DNA of 64,000 bases from Actinomycetes bacterium (GCA_031367435.1 JANLPV010000110.1:3561-67560), one strand, 5' to 3'. Counted from the first letter of the stretch, positions 27,277-37,756 are shown. Numbers and translations are program-made. Notes: generated by a model not told the origin, from the letters alone.

Positions 27277-28022
27277 CAGAGTTGCCTCGCGTGACGAACG
27301 CCCGCTTCGAACAACCCCAACCCGATACCACCGCGGTGACCGCGAAGGAACTGGGGATGTTGACGGGCAATGATGTGATCCTCCGGGTGTGGCATCAGAC
27401 CCAACACCAAACCCGTGGTGTCGCAGATGCCGGCAATGTCGGCGACGGATCCATTGGGGTTGTTACTTGCGTAGCGAACGGCGATTTGGTCATGGGCGCG
27501 CAGCGTCTGCAGCGTGGTCTCGTCGCACACGAACCGACCCTCACCATGAGCGATTGGGCATTCGATCTCAGCATCGAGGCCGGCCGTCCAGATGCACAGT
27601 TGTGAGGTGGGTTGCAGCTTCACCCAGTCGCACACGAAGCGGCCATGATCGTTGCCGCCCAATGCCACGGAAAGGTTTCCGCCCGGCAACAACCCCGTAC
27701 GTATAAGTGCCTGAAAGCCATTACAGATGCCGATGACCGGCTTACCGCTGGCGACAAACGCGTTGAGCTGCTCGCTCAGACGCACCGCCAACTCGAGCGC
27801 GAAGAGCCGTCCTGCCCCGAGTGCGTCGGCGAATGAGAAACCTCCGGGGAGCAGCAACATTTGCGCGCTGTGCAGCAATACCGGATGTGCGAGCATCTCG
27901 CTGAGCAGCACGACCTGAGTGTCGGCGCCAGCGTGATCGAGCGCGAACGCGGCTTCGCCGTCGCGGTTGGTGCCCGGTGCGCGCACGATCAGCGCCCGAG
28001 GGCGACTCGTCACCGAGCTCAT
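27276..28022 (-). CDS. purQ: phosphoribosylformylglycinamidine synthase, glutaminase subunit
   Basis: The class I amidotransferase nucleophile elbow is GICNGFQAL, with PIAHGEGRF. The start overlaps the purL stop (ATGA). Confidence 0.9.
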   Translation of the reverse strand: MSSVTSRPRALIVRAPGTNRDGEAAFALDHAGADTQVVLLSEMLAHPVLLHSAQMLLLPGGFSFADALGAGRLFALELAVRLSEQLNAFVASGKPVIGICNGFQALIRTGLLPGGNLSVALGGNDHGRFVCDWVKLQPTSQLCIWTAGLDAEIECPIAHGEGRFVCDETTLQTLRAHDQIAVRYASNNPNGSVADIAGICDTTGLVLGLMPHPEDHIIARQHPQFLRGHRGGIGLGLFEAGVRHARQL

Positions 28023-30844
28023 CGAGCGGGTCCGTTGAAGGCGTCGACGAGCGCTTGCACAGTGACGTTGATATGTGCGCCGACGATCAGCTGACCCGTG
28101 TCGTTGACGGTGCCGATGACCGCCGTACGTTGCGAAGCGCTGGCATCGTTGACAAGTGCGATGAGCGCGTCGACGTTGTGGGGTTGAACTTCGCAGATGA
28201 TTCGGCCGGTGCTCTCACTGAACAAGGCCGTGATCGCGTCGTCGTGGATCACCGGTGTGTCGATCGTTGCGCCGAGTCGGCCCGCGATAGCCATCTCGGC
28301 CAGGGCGACAGCTAGCCCGCCTTCGCTGCAATCATGCGCCGACTCGACAAGTCCGTTCTTCAGCGCGTGGTGCAACGCGCGGTACAGCCCGGGCGATGCG
28401 GAATCGGGAGCAGGGACGGCGCGTGGCGTCGTGTCACTGCTGAGCATCGACAGATGACTGCCACCAAATTCGCAACAGGTGCGACCGAGCAGGACCAACA
28501 CGTTGCCGGCCGATTTGAGATCGGGAGTGATCGCCAACTCCACATTGCCGATCGGTGCCACCGCGGTAATCACGAGTGTGGGAGGAATGGCGTGGCGCTT
28601 GCCGTCGGCCGCCAAGTATTCGTTGTTCAGCGAGTCCTTGCCCGACACAAACGGCGCACCGTATGCGCGAGCCGCGGCGCAACACCCGCGCACGGCGACG
28701 ACAAGTTCGCCAAACGTGGTCGCACGCGTTGGGTTGCCCCACGAGAAGTTGTCCATCAGCGCGACGGCTGCGGGATCACCGCCCGCGACGACGACGTTAC
28801 GGATTGCCTCATCGACCACGGCCCACGCCATGTGTTCAGGGTCGTAGAGCCCGAACCACGGGTTCACGCCAATGCCGATGACGATGCCGTCTGCATCGGT
28901 GGGATGGGCAAGTACGACACCGTCTGCGGGACCATCGTTATGGACGCCTGTAAGTGGGCGAATCACTGTCGAACCAAGAACTTCATGGTCGTAGCGGCGG
29001 ATGATGTCGGCCTTACTCGCGATATTGGGGTGAGCGAGTAATGCAAGCAAGGCGGCTTGCGCATCGTTGCACTCTGGCGCTGACTGATCGCGCGTGGGCC
29101 GGGGAACGATTGCCTGCAGTCGTCGGCGCGGCCGACCTTTGTGCAAAAAGTGCGTCGGCAGGTCGATGACTTTGGTGCCGTTGTGGCGGACCACCAACTG
29201 GCCATCACCGGTGAATGAGCCGAGGTCGCTGAGCTCCACGCCATGTTTGGTAGCGAGCTCGACGAGTGCTGGCATCTGTTCAGGTGCAACAGCAACGACC
29301 ATGCGCTCTTGAGCCTCGCTGAGCCAGATCTCCCATGGGGCGAGTCCGGCGTACTTGAGTGGCACACGAGTCAATTCGACCTCGGCACCTACGCCGTCGG
29401 CGAGTTCACCAATTGCCGACGACAATCCGCCCGCACCACAATCGGTAATCGCGCTATACAAATGCCAAGCCTGCGCGAGGAGGTCGGTGACGAGCTTTTC
29501 GGTGATGGGATCGCCGATCTGCACGCTCGCGCCTGCCACGTCGCCCGTGGTGGCATCCATCTCCATTGAGGAAAATGTTGCACCACGAATGCCGTCGCGT
29601 CCGGTGCGTCCGCCAAAGACCACTACTCGGTCGTGCGGGTGTGGGCCCGTCAGCGGTGGGCGATCGGCGGGGGCGACGCCGACACAACCGGCAAACACCA
29701 ACGGGTTGGAGATGTAAGCCGGGTCGTACAGCACGCTGCCCGCCACGGTTGGCAACCCGATCTTGTTGCCGTAATCGGCAATACCTGCGACGACCCCATC
29801 GATGATGCGGTCGGGACTGAGCACTCCTTCAGGAAGTTGATCGTCTGGGGTTCCGGCTGGCCCGAAGCACAGAATGTCGGTGCAAGCAATCGGCTGATGC
29901 GCGGCGCCAAGAATGTCGCGGATGACGCCACCGACACCGGTGTTTGCGCCGCCGAACGGCTCGATGGCGGAAGGGTGATTGTGTGTCTCGCACTTGAGGG
30001 CGTACGTGCGCGCGGGGCTGAACTGCACGATGCCAGCGTTGCCGTCGAATGCCGACACCACGAATGGTGCAGCGATATCGGTGGTCGATCGGCGGAGCTG
30101 ATCAAGCAGCGACTCGAGCACCGTGCCGTCGTCGAGCACGATGTCGGCGCGAAAGCTCTTGTGTGCGCAGTGTTCGCTCCAGGTTTGCGCGAGCGTCTCA
30201 AGCTCGGCGTCGGTAGGAACGCGACCAGCGGCTGCGAAGTGGTCACGAATTACGTGCAGTTCGGCGAGGTCGAGGGCGAGACCACGTTGCGTACCGAGTT
30301 GAGCGAGGCCGTCATCCGTGAGCGGTAACGCAACGAGCTCAGTCGGTGACGCATCTGTTTCGCGAAGCGCGTATCCAGGTTCGACGGCAATGCCGCATGC
30401 CCAACGCTCGATGACCGCGTTGGTGTGATGACGCCGGATCTCGCGATCGTCGAGCGCGGAGAGGCCGAGGTTGATCACCCGACCGACGGCGGCCTCGGTG
30501 ACGGTGATGCCAAGCAGACCAGCGGCGTGAATCACCTGCGCCGCGGCGGTGTCGGTGACGCCGGGGATGAGGCCGACATCGAGTTGATTCGTCGCGACGG
30601 GTTCGTCCCACGTCGCGGTTTCGAGCAATGGATCGACCAGGACCGACTGGAGGCGGGCACGATCAACGTCGGAGAGGTCGCATTCGAACGTGATGGTCGT
30701 CGCCGTGATGGTCGTCGCCGTGATGGTCGTGGCAACACCGTGCGAGGTCGGGCTCGTCGTTGCAGCGCGATTCGACTCGTCGAGATGGTGCGCGCGAAGG
30801 GTGAGGCGGTGGCGTCCGCTCGTGGAAGCATCCGCGTCAGCCAT
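28019..30844 (-). CDS. purL: phosphoribosylformylglycinamidine synthase subunit PurL with ~190-aa N-terminal extension resembling the large-PurL N-domain/linker
   Basis: The WSEHCAHKSF motif sits at about residue 240 instead of about 50, and two PurM-like repeats follow. I chose the ATG at 30844 (MADADAS...) over the TTG at 30871. Confidence 0.9.
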   Translation of the reverse strand: MADADASTSGRHRLTLRAHHLDESNRAATTSPTSHGVATTITATTITATTITFECDLSDVDRARLQSVLVDPLLETATWDEPVATNQLDVGLIPGVTDTAAAQVIHAAGLLGITVTEAAVGRVINLGLSALDDREIRRHHTNAVIERWACGIAVEPGYALRETDASPTELVALPLTDDGLAQLGTQRGLALDLAELHVIRDHFAAAGRVPTDAELETLAQTWSEHCAHKSFRADIVLDDGTVLESLLDQLRRSTTDIAAPFVVSAFDGNAGIVQFSPARTYALKCETHNHPSAIEPFGGANTGVGGVIRDILGAAHQPIACTDILCFGPAGTPDDQLPEGVLSPDRIIDGVVAGIADYGNKIGLPTVAGSVLYDPAYISNPLVFAGCVGVAPADRPPLTGPHPHDRVVVFGGRTGRDGIRGATFSSMEMDATTGDVAGASVQIGDPITEKLVTDLLAQAWHLYSAITDCGAGGLSSAIGELADGVGAEVELTRVPLKYAGLAPWEIWLSEAQERMVVAVAPEQMPALVELATKHGVELSDLGSFTGDGQLVVRHNGTKVIDLPTHFLHKGRPRRRLQAIVPRPTRDQSAPECNDAQAALLALLAHPNIASKADIIRRYDHEVLGSTVIRPLTGVHNDGPADGVVLAHPTDADGIVIGIGVNPWFGLYDPEHMAWAVVDEAIRNVVVAGGDPAAVALMDNFSWGNPTRATTFGELVVAVRGCCAAARAYGAPFVSGKDSLNNEYLAADGKRHAIPPTLVITAVAPIGNVELAITPDLKSAGNVLVLLGRTCCEFGGSHLSMLSSDTTPRAVPAPDSASPGLYRALHHALKNGLVESAHDCSEGGLAVALAEMAIAGRLGATIDTPVIHDDAITALFSESTGRIICEVQPHNVDALIALVNDASASQRTAVIGTVNDTGQLIVGAHINVTVQALVDAFNGPAR
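30690..30734. repeat. 3 x 15-bp tandem repeat (GTGATGGTCGTCGCC) in frame within purL
   Basis: Read directly: two perfect copies plus a third with 2 mismatches. On the minus strand it encodes ...ATTITATTITATTIT.... Confidence 0.9.
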
Positions 30845-30909
30845 GGCGATGACCTTAGGAGCGACGCCCAAAAGAGCCCGCTTCCGGTGAACGAAAAATC
30901 AAGTGAAAA

Positions 30910-32037
30910 TCAGGTCGGGTTGGTGATTTCACGTCGTTCGAAGGTGATCTCCTCGACGAAGTCTGTGTCGACGGCGACACCGAAACCGACACCGGTGGGT
31001 ACCTCGATCTCGCCGTTGGTCAGGTGGAACGGCGCAGTGATGTCGCGTGACCAGTAGCGCCTGGTCGCCGAGATATCACCGGGCAGGGTAAAACCCGCCA
31101 ATGAGGCCAGGGCGAGGTTCGCGGCGCGACCGATGCCGGTCTCCAACATGCCGCCACACCACACCGGAATGCCTTCACGGACGCAGAGATCGTGAATCTC
31201 GACGGCAGCGAGATAGCCGCCGACACGCGCTGGCTTGATGTTGATGATGTCGACGGCCTGCAACGCCAATGCCGATCGCACGTGATCGATCGACCGAATC
31301 GCTTCATCGAGACACACGGGTGTGGTGATATGACGACGGAGTTCGGCATGACCAACCAGATCGTCTTCGCCGAATGGCTGCTCGATCAGCAGCAACCCGA
31401 ACGCGTCGAGTTGGCGCAGGTGATCGATGTCGGAGGTTGAGTAGGCAGTGTTGGCATCCACCTGCAACAAGATGTCGGGGTTCGCCTCGCGTACCCTCCG
31501 CACGGGTTCGATGTCGAAGCCCGGCTCAATCTTGAGCTTGATCCGCGCGTAGCCCTCAGCGACGTATTCGCCGACGAGGTCGACGAGCTCATCGACGGTG
31601 TCGGTGATGCCCACCGAAACGCCCACGGGCACCGCCACGCGAGTCGCGCCGAGCCACTGTTGGAACGACTGCGGCTCGGCGCGTAGCTGAGCATCGAGCA
31701 GCGCCATCTCGAGCGCGCTCTTGGCCATGCGGTGTCCCTTTACCGGTTCGAGGATCTTGGCAACGTCGTCGGCACGCAGCGGTCCGGCGGCGAAGAGACG
31801 TGGAATGAGATGTTCAGCGAACACGTAGTCGGCCGCATTGTGGAACTCGCTGAGATAGAGCGGTTCGGACTCGATCGCCGATTCACCCCAGCCCTCGCCG
31901 AGATCGGTGATGACGCGCACGATCATGATCTCGCGGACGGACTCGGTGCCGAAACTGGTTCGAAATGGGCGCACGAGAGGCATGCGCAATTTGCGCAGCT
32001 CGAACAGCTCGGGTGTCAACGTCGGCGGGGATTGCAT
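30910..32037 (-). CDS. enolase-superfamily enzyme, o-succinylbenzoate synthase / N-acylamino acid racemase-like
   Basis: The N-terminus is LRKLRMPLVRPFRTSFG, with metal-ligand regions QVDANTAY, LIEQP and CLDE. I chose the ATG at 32037; the upstream part of the track ORF is Arg/Ser-rich and not protein-like. Confidence 0.8.
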   Translation of the reverse strand: MQSPPTLTPELFELRKLRMPLVRPFRTSFGTESVREIMIVRVITDLGEGWGESAIESEPLYLSEFHNAADYVFAEHLIPRLFAAGPLRADDVAKILEPVKGHRMAKSALEMALLDAQLRAEPQSFQQWLGATRVAVPVGVSVGITDTVDELVDLVGEYVAEGYARIKLKIEPGFDIEPVRRVREANPDILLQVDANTAYSTSDIDHLRQLDAFGLLLIEQPFGEDDLVGHAELRRHITTPVCLDEAIRSIDHVRSALALQAVDIINIKPARVGGYLAAVEIHDLCVREGIPVWCGGMLETGIGRAANLALASLAGFTLPGDISATRRYWSRDITAPFHLTNGEIEVPTGVGFGVAVDTDFVEEITFERREITNPT

Positions 32038-32092
32038 TAGTGCAACTGTGACACGCGCAGGCAACGACGGGCGACAGATTGATCGTTGCCGC

Positions 32093-32998
32093 TCAGGTCT
32101 GGCGGGGGAGTAGCACCGCGGAGGCCGCCTCGAGCTCGTGGACCCACGCCTCGGCGTCTGTCGGCTCGGAGATCGGCAACACAACAAACTTCGTGGTCCC
32201 GACATCCACGAAGCGGTCGATGAGCGCGAGGAGCTGGTCCCAACCCTGCGGCACGAGTGCGCCGACATCGTCAATGTCGGGTCGACGTGCGGCGAGTCCT
32301 GCCATCAATGCGTCGGGCAACGGTCGATGGGCGTACGGGATCAGCGCGCCAAAGTGATCGTCGGGCACTATGCGGTCGTGTTCTCGTGCGACTTGCTCGA
32401 TCAGCGGACGCGCCGTGGCGATGTCGGCTGGCGTGACAAACGATGGCAGCCACCCGTCGGCGAGCCGGCCCACTCGCTTCAGTTCTGAGGGTGCAATACC
32501 GCCGAGCCACACCTCGAGTGGCTGTTGTTTTGGCTTCGGTTGTACACGCAGGCCCTCGTAGTGAAATCTGTCGCCGTGAAAGGTGACCGCTGCGTCGCTC
32601 CAACACGAACGCATCACGGTGAGAGCTTCGTCGAAGATTTTGGCGCGGTCTTTACGTTCGACTCCGAACGCTTGTTGCTCATGGGGATCAGCCACACCGA
32701 GACCGAAGGCCGGAAGGAGGCGGCCGTTGGAGAGTCGGTCGAGAGTGGCCAACTCTTTTGCGAGAACCACCGGGTTCCGACCGGGCAGCACCATCACGCT
32801 CATCCCGAACTTGAGGCGCGTCGTCCGTCCCGCAGCGAACGACATCGCAACCAGTGGGTCTGGGGCCTCGCCACCGATGCGCTCGCTCAACCAGAGACTG
32901 TCGAAGCGCAGACGTTCAAGTGCGTCGACCACGATGCCGAAGCCGTCGTCATTGAGCTTGGTACGAACGCCCAACCCGTAGCCGATACGAACCTTCAC
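32093..32998 (-). CDS. LLM-class (luciferase-like) F420/flavin-dependent oxidoreductase
   Basis: The protein starts VKVRIGYGLG....FDSLWLSERIGG and has the RLLPAFGLG pattern typical of LLM F420-dependent enzymes. The GTG at 32998 fits downstream of the stop of the neighbouring hydrolase gene (33022). Confidence 0.8.
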   Translation of the reverse strand: MKVRIGYGLGVRTKLNDDGFGIVVDALERLRFDSLWLSERIGGEAPDPLVAMSFAAGRTTRLKFGMSVMVLPGRNPVVLAKELATLDRLSNGRLLPAFGLGVADPHEQQAFGVERKDRAKIFDEALTVMRSCWSDAAVTFHGDRFHYEGLRVQPKPKQQPLEVWLGGIAPSELKRVGRLADGWLPSFVTPADIATARPLIEQVAREHDRIVPDDHFGALIPYAHRPLPDALMAGLAARRPDIDDVGALVPQGWDQLLALIDRFVDVGTTKFVVLPISEPTDAEAWVHELEAASAVLLPRQT

Positions 32999-33021
32999 GA
33001 TGCGCTCACGAACGGTGCTGC

Positions 33022-33741
33022 CTATCCGCGCACGATGCGTTCGAGGATGTCGGCTGTCTGCGCTGGCTGCGATGCAAACGGCGAGTGATCGGTCGCGAGC
33101 GTTTCGACATGCGTGCATCGTTGGGCCATGTGATCTTGATGCGCCAGCGCGATCGCCTGATCGTCGGTGCAGCGCACGTAGGTGGAGTCGATGTCGTGCC
33201 ATGCAGCCGCCGTCAGCGCCTGCATGAACGTGGCGAAGGGCTGCGCACAGAGCCGGGCAACGTTGGCTGGCGTAGCCGCAGGGTTGCAATGTTCGTAGAA
33301 GGCGGCTCGGGCCCGCTCGGGGTTGATGGTGCTCAGTCCACCCTCTCCGAGGACGATTGCTGCACCCAGTGCGGTTGGCGCGGCCGGCATCGACTGGAGA
33401 ACACTCGTGACGCTTTCACCAACGTCGGGGACGAAGGCGGTGAGGTAGACAAGATGCGTGACGTTCGTCGCGGTCACACCGGCCTGGCTGATGACGGCAC
33501 CACCGTAGGAGTGGCCGACGAGAATCACGGGCTGGGCGAGCTTGGCCAGTACCAGTGACACGTGCGCCGCGTCTGCGATGAGATCGCCGAATGGTTCGAG
33601 AGAGACGCCGTGTCCGGGCAGGTCAATGGCCAGCGATGGGATACCGCGTGTGTCGAGTTCGGCCTGCAAGCTTGACCAGCACCATGCTCCATGCCACGCG
33701 CCGTGCACGAGAACCACGATTGGATCCTTGGACGTGTTCAC
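33022..33741 (-). CDS. alpha/beta hydrolase
   Basis: An oxyanion region VVLVHGAWHGAWCW and a nucleophile elbow VGHSYGG are present. Confidence 0.8.
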   Translation of the reverse strand: MNTSKDPIVVLVHGAWHGAWCWSSLQAELDTRGIPSLAIDLPGHGVSLEPFGDLIADAAHVSLVLAKLAQPVILVGHSYGGAVISQAGVTATNVTHLVYLTAFVPDVGESVTSVLQSMPAAPTALGAAIVLGEGGLSTINPERARAAFYEHCNPAATPANVARLCAQPFATFMQALTAAAWHDIDSTYVRCTDDQAIALAHQDHMAQRCTHVETLATDHSPFASQPAQTADILERIVRG

Positions 33742-33783
33742 TCTCGCATCGTGTCACACGACGCAACAGTGTTGACGAGGCGA

Positions 33784-34038
33784 TCAGCGAATGCGGTGAT
33801 GCAGAGCGTGCATCGCGATGTGATGACGACCCGAGTGATAGCCCGAGTGATGGTTGGTCACGATCCAGCTCGCGGCAAAGGAGGTGAGCATCACGGTGAG
33901 CACCACGCTTGGCTCAGAGAGATGCGCGACCGACGACAGCAGCCAGGCAGACAGCGCGGCCAAGGCTGTGACGAGGATCGCGAGGAACGCGGTGCGGACC
34001 CAAAGGTGGCTGCGATGTGTTGTCATGAAGCTGTTCAT
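33784..34038 (-). CDS. small hypothetical membrane protein with His-rich C-terminus
   Basis: There are two hydrophobic segments and then NHHSGYHSGRHHIAMHALHH. The start is uncertain. Confidence 0.3.
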   Translation of the reverse strand: MNSFMTTHRSHLWVRTAFLAILVTALAALSAWLLSSVAHLSEPSVVLTVMLTSFAASWIVTNHHSGYHSGRHHIAMHALHHRIR

Positions 34039-34133
34039 ATCACTCAAACTTTCGTCGTGGGGCGTGCCCTCTCTTATGTCGGCAGTAATTCGTCGAACCG
34101 AAATGTTTGTCGTGTGGTCGTAACGTAAATGCC

Positions 34134-34919
34134 ATGTCTCAGACACTTGCACTGCCGCTCGACCCGCTCTCGCTGTTCCGCCTCGATGGCCAAGTCGCCA
34201 TTGTCACGGGGGCGTCGTCTGGACTCGGTCATAGGTTCTCGCGGGTTCTGCACGCCGCTGGCGCGACCGTAGTGGTGGCTGCACGACGCGCCGATCGCCT
34301 CGCCGATCTACTTACCGAACTGCCCGGCGCAGTTGCCGTCAGCGCTGATCTGACTCGCGATGACGAACGCGAACGTCTTGTCGGCGAAACAATCGAACGC
34401 TTTGGCACGGTGCATGTGCTGATCAACAACGCCGGTGTCGGTCGCAAGGTTGCCGTCGAGCACGAGGATCTCGACACGTTCCGTGGCGCAATGGAATTGA
34501 ACGTGACGGCCGTCTGGCATCTCAGCAAGTTGGTGGCGGCGCCGATGGTGGCACAGGGTTACGGCAGCATCGTCAACATTGCGTCGATGCTTGGCCACGT
34601 GGGGTCAGCGCCCGTGAAGCAGGCTCACTACTGTGCATCGAAGGGCGCGGTGGTGAACCTCACTCGTGAACTGGCGTTGCAATGGGCGCGCAAGGGCGTG
34701 CGCGTGAACGCGCTGTGTCCCGGTTGGTTCGACAGCGAGATGACCGCGGGCATGGACACCGACGAAGGCAGCCAGCGCTTCATTGCCAGCAACTCGCCCA
34801 TTCCGCGCATGGGTGAGGCACACGAACTTGACGGTGCCCTGTTGCTACTTGCGAGTGCTGCCAGCAGCTTTATGACCGGTCAATCGGTGATCGTCGATGG
34901 TGGTTGGACGGCGCGTTGA
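34134..34919 (+). CDS. SDR-family oxidoreductase
   Basis: Cofactor motif TGASSGLG, NNAG, and catalytic YCASKGA (YxxxK). Confidence 0.9.
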   Translation: MSQTLALPLDPLSLFRLDGQVAIVTGASSGLGHRFSRVLHAAGATVVVAARRADRLADLLTELPGAVAVSADLTRDDERERLVGETIERFGTVHVLINNAGVGRKVAVEHEDLDTFRGAMELNVTAVWHLSKLVAAPMVAQGYGSIVNIASMLGHVGSAPVKQAHYCASKGAVVNLTRELALQWARKGVRVNALCPGWFDSEMTAGMDTDEGSQRFIASNSPIPRMGEAHELDGALLLLASAASSFMTGQSVIVDGGWTAR

Positions 34920-34956
34920 GAAGTGGCGGCAAGCCGCCGTATGTGTCGCGCACGCT

Positions 34957-36396
34957 TCACAGTGGCGGAGTGCGCTGGGCCCACGGCTGTGCCCGTTCGA
35001 GTTGGCTGGCGATACGAATGAGCACGTCCTCGCGCCCGTAACCCGCCACTAACTGCACGCCAACCGGTAGGCCCGCTGCGGTCCAGTGCAATGGCACGCT
35101 GATCGCGGGCTGCCCGGAGGTGTTCCAAGCCGGCGTGAACGGCACGAACGCGCCAGCCCGCGCGAGCGGTGCCATTGGCTGGTCAGCGTTGTTGGCGAAC
35201 GTGCCGAGCGGCGGGGGAACCTGCGCGAGTGTCGGGGTGAGGAGCAGATCCCATCCCTGTGTCCACCATGCCTGCACAGCGCGCCTGAACTGAGCCACTG
35301 CCTGCTGAGCGCGGGCGTAGTCGATGGAGGTGAACAGCTTGGCAAAGTCGGCCTGGGCGCGGTTCATTGGTTCGAATTCATCGGCCGTGAGCGGTCGCCC
35401 GATCGTTTCCTCGAAGCGGCTCAACGACACCCCCATGTTGGTACTCCAGAGGGCACCGAACTGCGAGGCGAAGCTCGCGTCCTCGAGCGCGGCGGGCCAC
35501 GCCGGTTCCACATGGTGACCGAGCGATTCGAGCAATGCCGCGGCCGCCTGTGCAGCTTCGACGCACTCGTGGTCGACGTGACCACCTTGAGGATGATGAT
35601 CGAGTAGCCCGATTCTCAACCGGCCGGGCTCGGCCCCGAGTTCGTCGATGTACGGACGTGTCGGGGCGGGGGCCATGACCGTGTCGCCGATGCCGGGCCC
35701 ACGGGTGGCGTCGAGCAGTGCAGCGGTATCGCGCACAGTTCTGCTCACGCAGTGCTCCACCCCGAGACCGCTTTCGTCGCGAGCTGGGCCGAACGTGATG
35801 CGACCTTGGCTCGGTTTGAGACCGACGAGGCCGCAGCAGGACGCGGGAATGCGAATCGATCCGCCGCCGTCGCTGGCGTGGGCGAATGGAACCATGCCCG
35901 CCGCGACTGCGGCAGCGGATCCGCCGCTCGAGCCTCCCGGCGTGCGTGACGTGTCCCACGGGTTGCGTGTTGGCCCCCAGGCCAAAGGTTCGGTTGTGGG
36001 CACACTGCCGAGTTCAGGGCTGTTCGTGCGGCCAGCGATGACAAGGCCGGCGCCACGGTAGCGAGCGACGAGCGTGGTGTCGATGGGAGAGATGGTGTTC
36101 GCGTTCTTCAACGCAACGTTGCCGTTGGAGATGCGCTGACCCGCATAGGTGGCGAAGAGATCCTTGAGCAAGAACGGTACGCCACGAAATGGACCTGACG
36201 GCAGGTCAGGGTCGGTAGCTACATCGCGCGCGTGATCGAACCAGCGAATCACCACGGCGTTCAGTGCGGGGTCGAGCCGTTCGATCCGTTCGATCGCCGC
36301 GTCCAGCAGCTCAACCGGTGTGGCGTCACGCTTGGCAACAAGACTCGCCTGGTCTGTCGCGTCCATCCATTGTGTGTCATCGGCCAAAGAAGTCAT
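34957..36396 (-). CDS. amidase (amidase-signature family)
   Basis: The amidase signature [14 protein letters not shown] is present and the length is about 479 aa. I chose the ATG at 36396 (MTSLADD...). Confidence 0.9.
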   Translation of the reverse strand: MTSLADDTQWMDATDQASLVAKRDATPVELLDAAIERIERLDPALNAVVIRWFDHARDVATDPDLPSGPFRGVPFLLKDLFATYAGQRISNGNVALKNANTISPIDTTLVARYRGAGLVIAGRTNSPELGSVPTTEPLAWGPTRNPWDTSRTPGGSSGGSAAAVAAGMVPFAHASDGGGSIRIPASCCGLVGLKPSQGRITFGPARDESGLGVEHCVSRTVRDTAALLDATRGPGIGDTVMAPAPTRPYIDELGAEPGRLRIGLLDHHPQGGHVDHECVEAAQAAAALLESLGHHVEPAWPAALEDASFASQFGALWSTNMGVSLSRFEETIGRPLTADEFEPMNRAQADFAKLFTSIDYARAQQAVAQFRRAVQAWWTQGWDLLLTPTLAQVPPPLGTFANNADQPMAPLARAGAFVPFTPAWNTSGQPAISVPLHWTAAGLPVGVQLVAGYGREDVLIRIASQLERAQPWAQRTPPL

Positions 36397-36460
36397 CTGG
36401 CTTGTGTAACACAGATTGAGGTCCCGTTTCCGTAGTGGGTTTCTGTAGGGTCGTCGTTCT

Positions 36461-37756
36461 GTGACTGAATCCCGACCCGTCACCTCCGTGCCATCCGGCC
36501 GTGCGGTGCTCGCTGACCGTGACGTACGTATTCTGCTTGGCTCATATCTGCTGATCTCGTTGGGCATTGCGCTGCAGGCCGCAGTGCTGGGCAAGCAGAT
36601 CTACGACATCACCGGACGCGCGATCGATCTGGCGTGGTTGGGACTCGCCGAGTTTGCTCCGGCACCCGTGTTGGTGTTGCTCACCGGTTCACTCGCTGAC
36701 CGTTTCAATCGCAAGAAGATCGCAGGCCTTGCATTAGCAGGCGAACTCGCGTGCGCGCTCGCACTGATGTTGTACTCGATCAGTGATCCCACCGCGGTCT
36801 GGCCGTTCTTCGTGATCGCTGTTGCGTTCGGGGTGTTTCGGGCGTTCAACGCGCCGGCAATTCGCGCCCTGCCTCCGATGGTTGCGCCAGATGGTGCATT
36901 GCCGCGAGTCGTTGCGTTGTTCAGCGCCACCTGGACCAGCGCAATCATCGTGGGTCCTGCACTGTCGGGATGGTTGTACTCAATCAATACGTGGGTGCCG
37001 TATGCAGTGGTGAGTTTCACCATCTTCGTCGGGCTGATCTGGCTGCTGACCCTGCAGTTCCGGCGCGAACCCATCGCTCCCGACCCCGACGAGAAGCCAT
37101 CACTCCGAAGTGCTGTCGAGGGCCTGCGTTTCATCCGGCATACGCCCATCGTGCTCGGCGCAATCACGCTCGATCTGTTTGCCGTGTTGTTCGGCGGTGC
37201 CGTGGCACTGCTACCGGTGATCGCAAAAGATCGTCTGCACGTGGGTGACGTTGCCTACGGTTGGCTGCGCGCTGCTGGCGGTATCGGGGCCGCGTCGATG
37301 GCGCTGTTCCTCTCGATCAGACCGTTGCGTCGTCACGTTGGCAAAGCGCTGTTGATCGCTGTGGCCGTGTTTGGGGCTGCCACGGTGTTGCTCGGTGTCA
37401 CGCACAACTACGCGATCGCGTTTGTGGCACTCGTCGTACTCGCCGGAGCCGACATGGTGAGCGTGTTCGTACGAGGCTCACTCGTGCCGCTGGTGACGCC
37501 CGACGAAAAGCGGGGACGAGTACTCGCTGTTGAGAACGTGTTCATCGGCGCATCAAACGAATTGGGTGCGTTCGAAAGTGGTATCGCCGCGCAGTATTTG
37601 GGTTTACCCATTGCCATTATCGGTGGTGGCATCGCCACCATCGCGGTCGTTGGTGCGTGCATCTTCGTCTTTCCGTCGTTGCGCAACGTCGACCGATTCG
37701 AAGACCTCGATCACACGAAGCAGCCGCCGAACACCGCGCATCCCGACCTCACGTAG
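36461..37756 (+). CDS. MFS transporter
   Basis: About 12 hydrophobic segments and the loop motif GSLADRFNRKK between TM2 and TM3. It starts with GTG. Confidence 0.85.
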   Translation: MTESRPVTSVPSGRAVLADRDVRILLGSYLLISLGIALQAAVLGKQIYDITGRAIDLAWLGLAEFAPAPVLVLLTGSLADRFNRKKIAGLALAGELACALALMLYSISDPTAVWPFFVIAVAFGVFRAFNAPAIRALPPMVAPDGALPRVVALFSATWTSAIIVGPALSGWLYSINTWVPYAVVSFTIFVGLIWLLTLQFRREPIAPDPDEKPSLRSAVEGLRFIRHTPIVLGAITLDLFAVLFGGAVALLPVIAKDRLHVGDVAYGWLRAAGGIGAASMALFLSIRPLRRHVGKALLIAVAVFGAATVLLGVTHNYAIAFVALVVLAGADMVSVFVRGSLVPLVTPDEKRGRVLAVENVFIGASNELGAFESGIAAQYLGLPIAIIGGGIATIAVVGACIFVFPSLRNVDRFEDLDHTKQPPNTAHPDLT

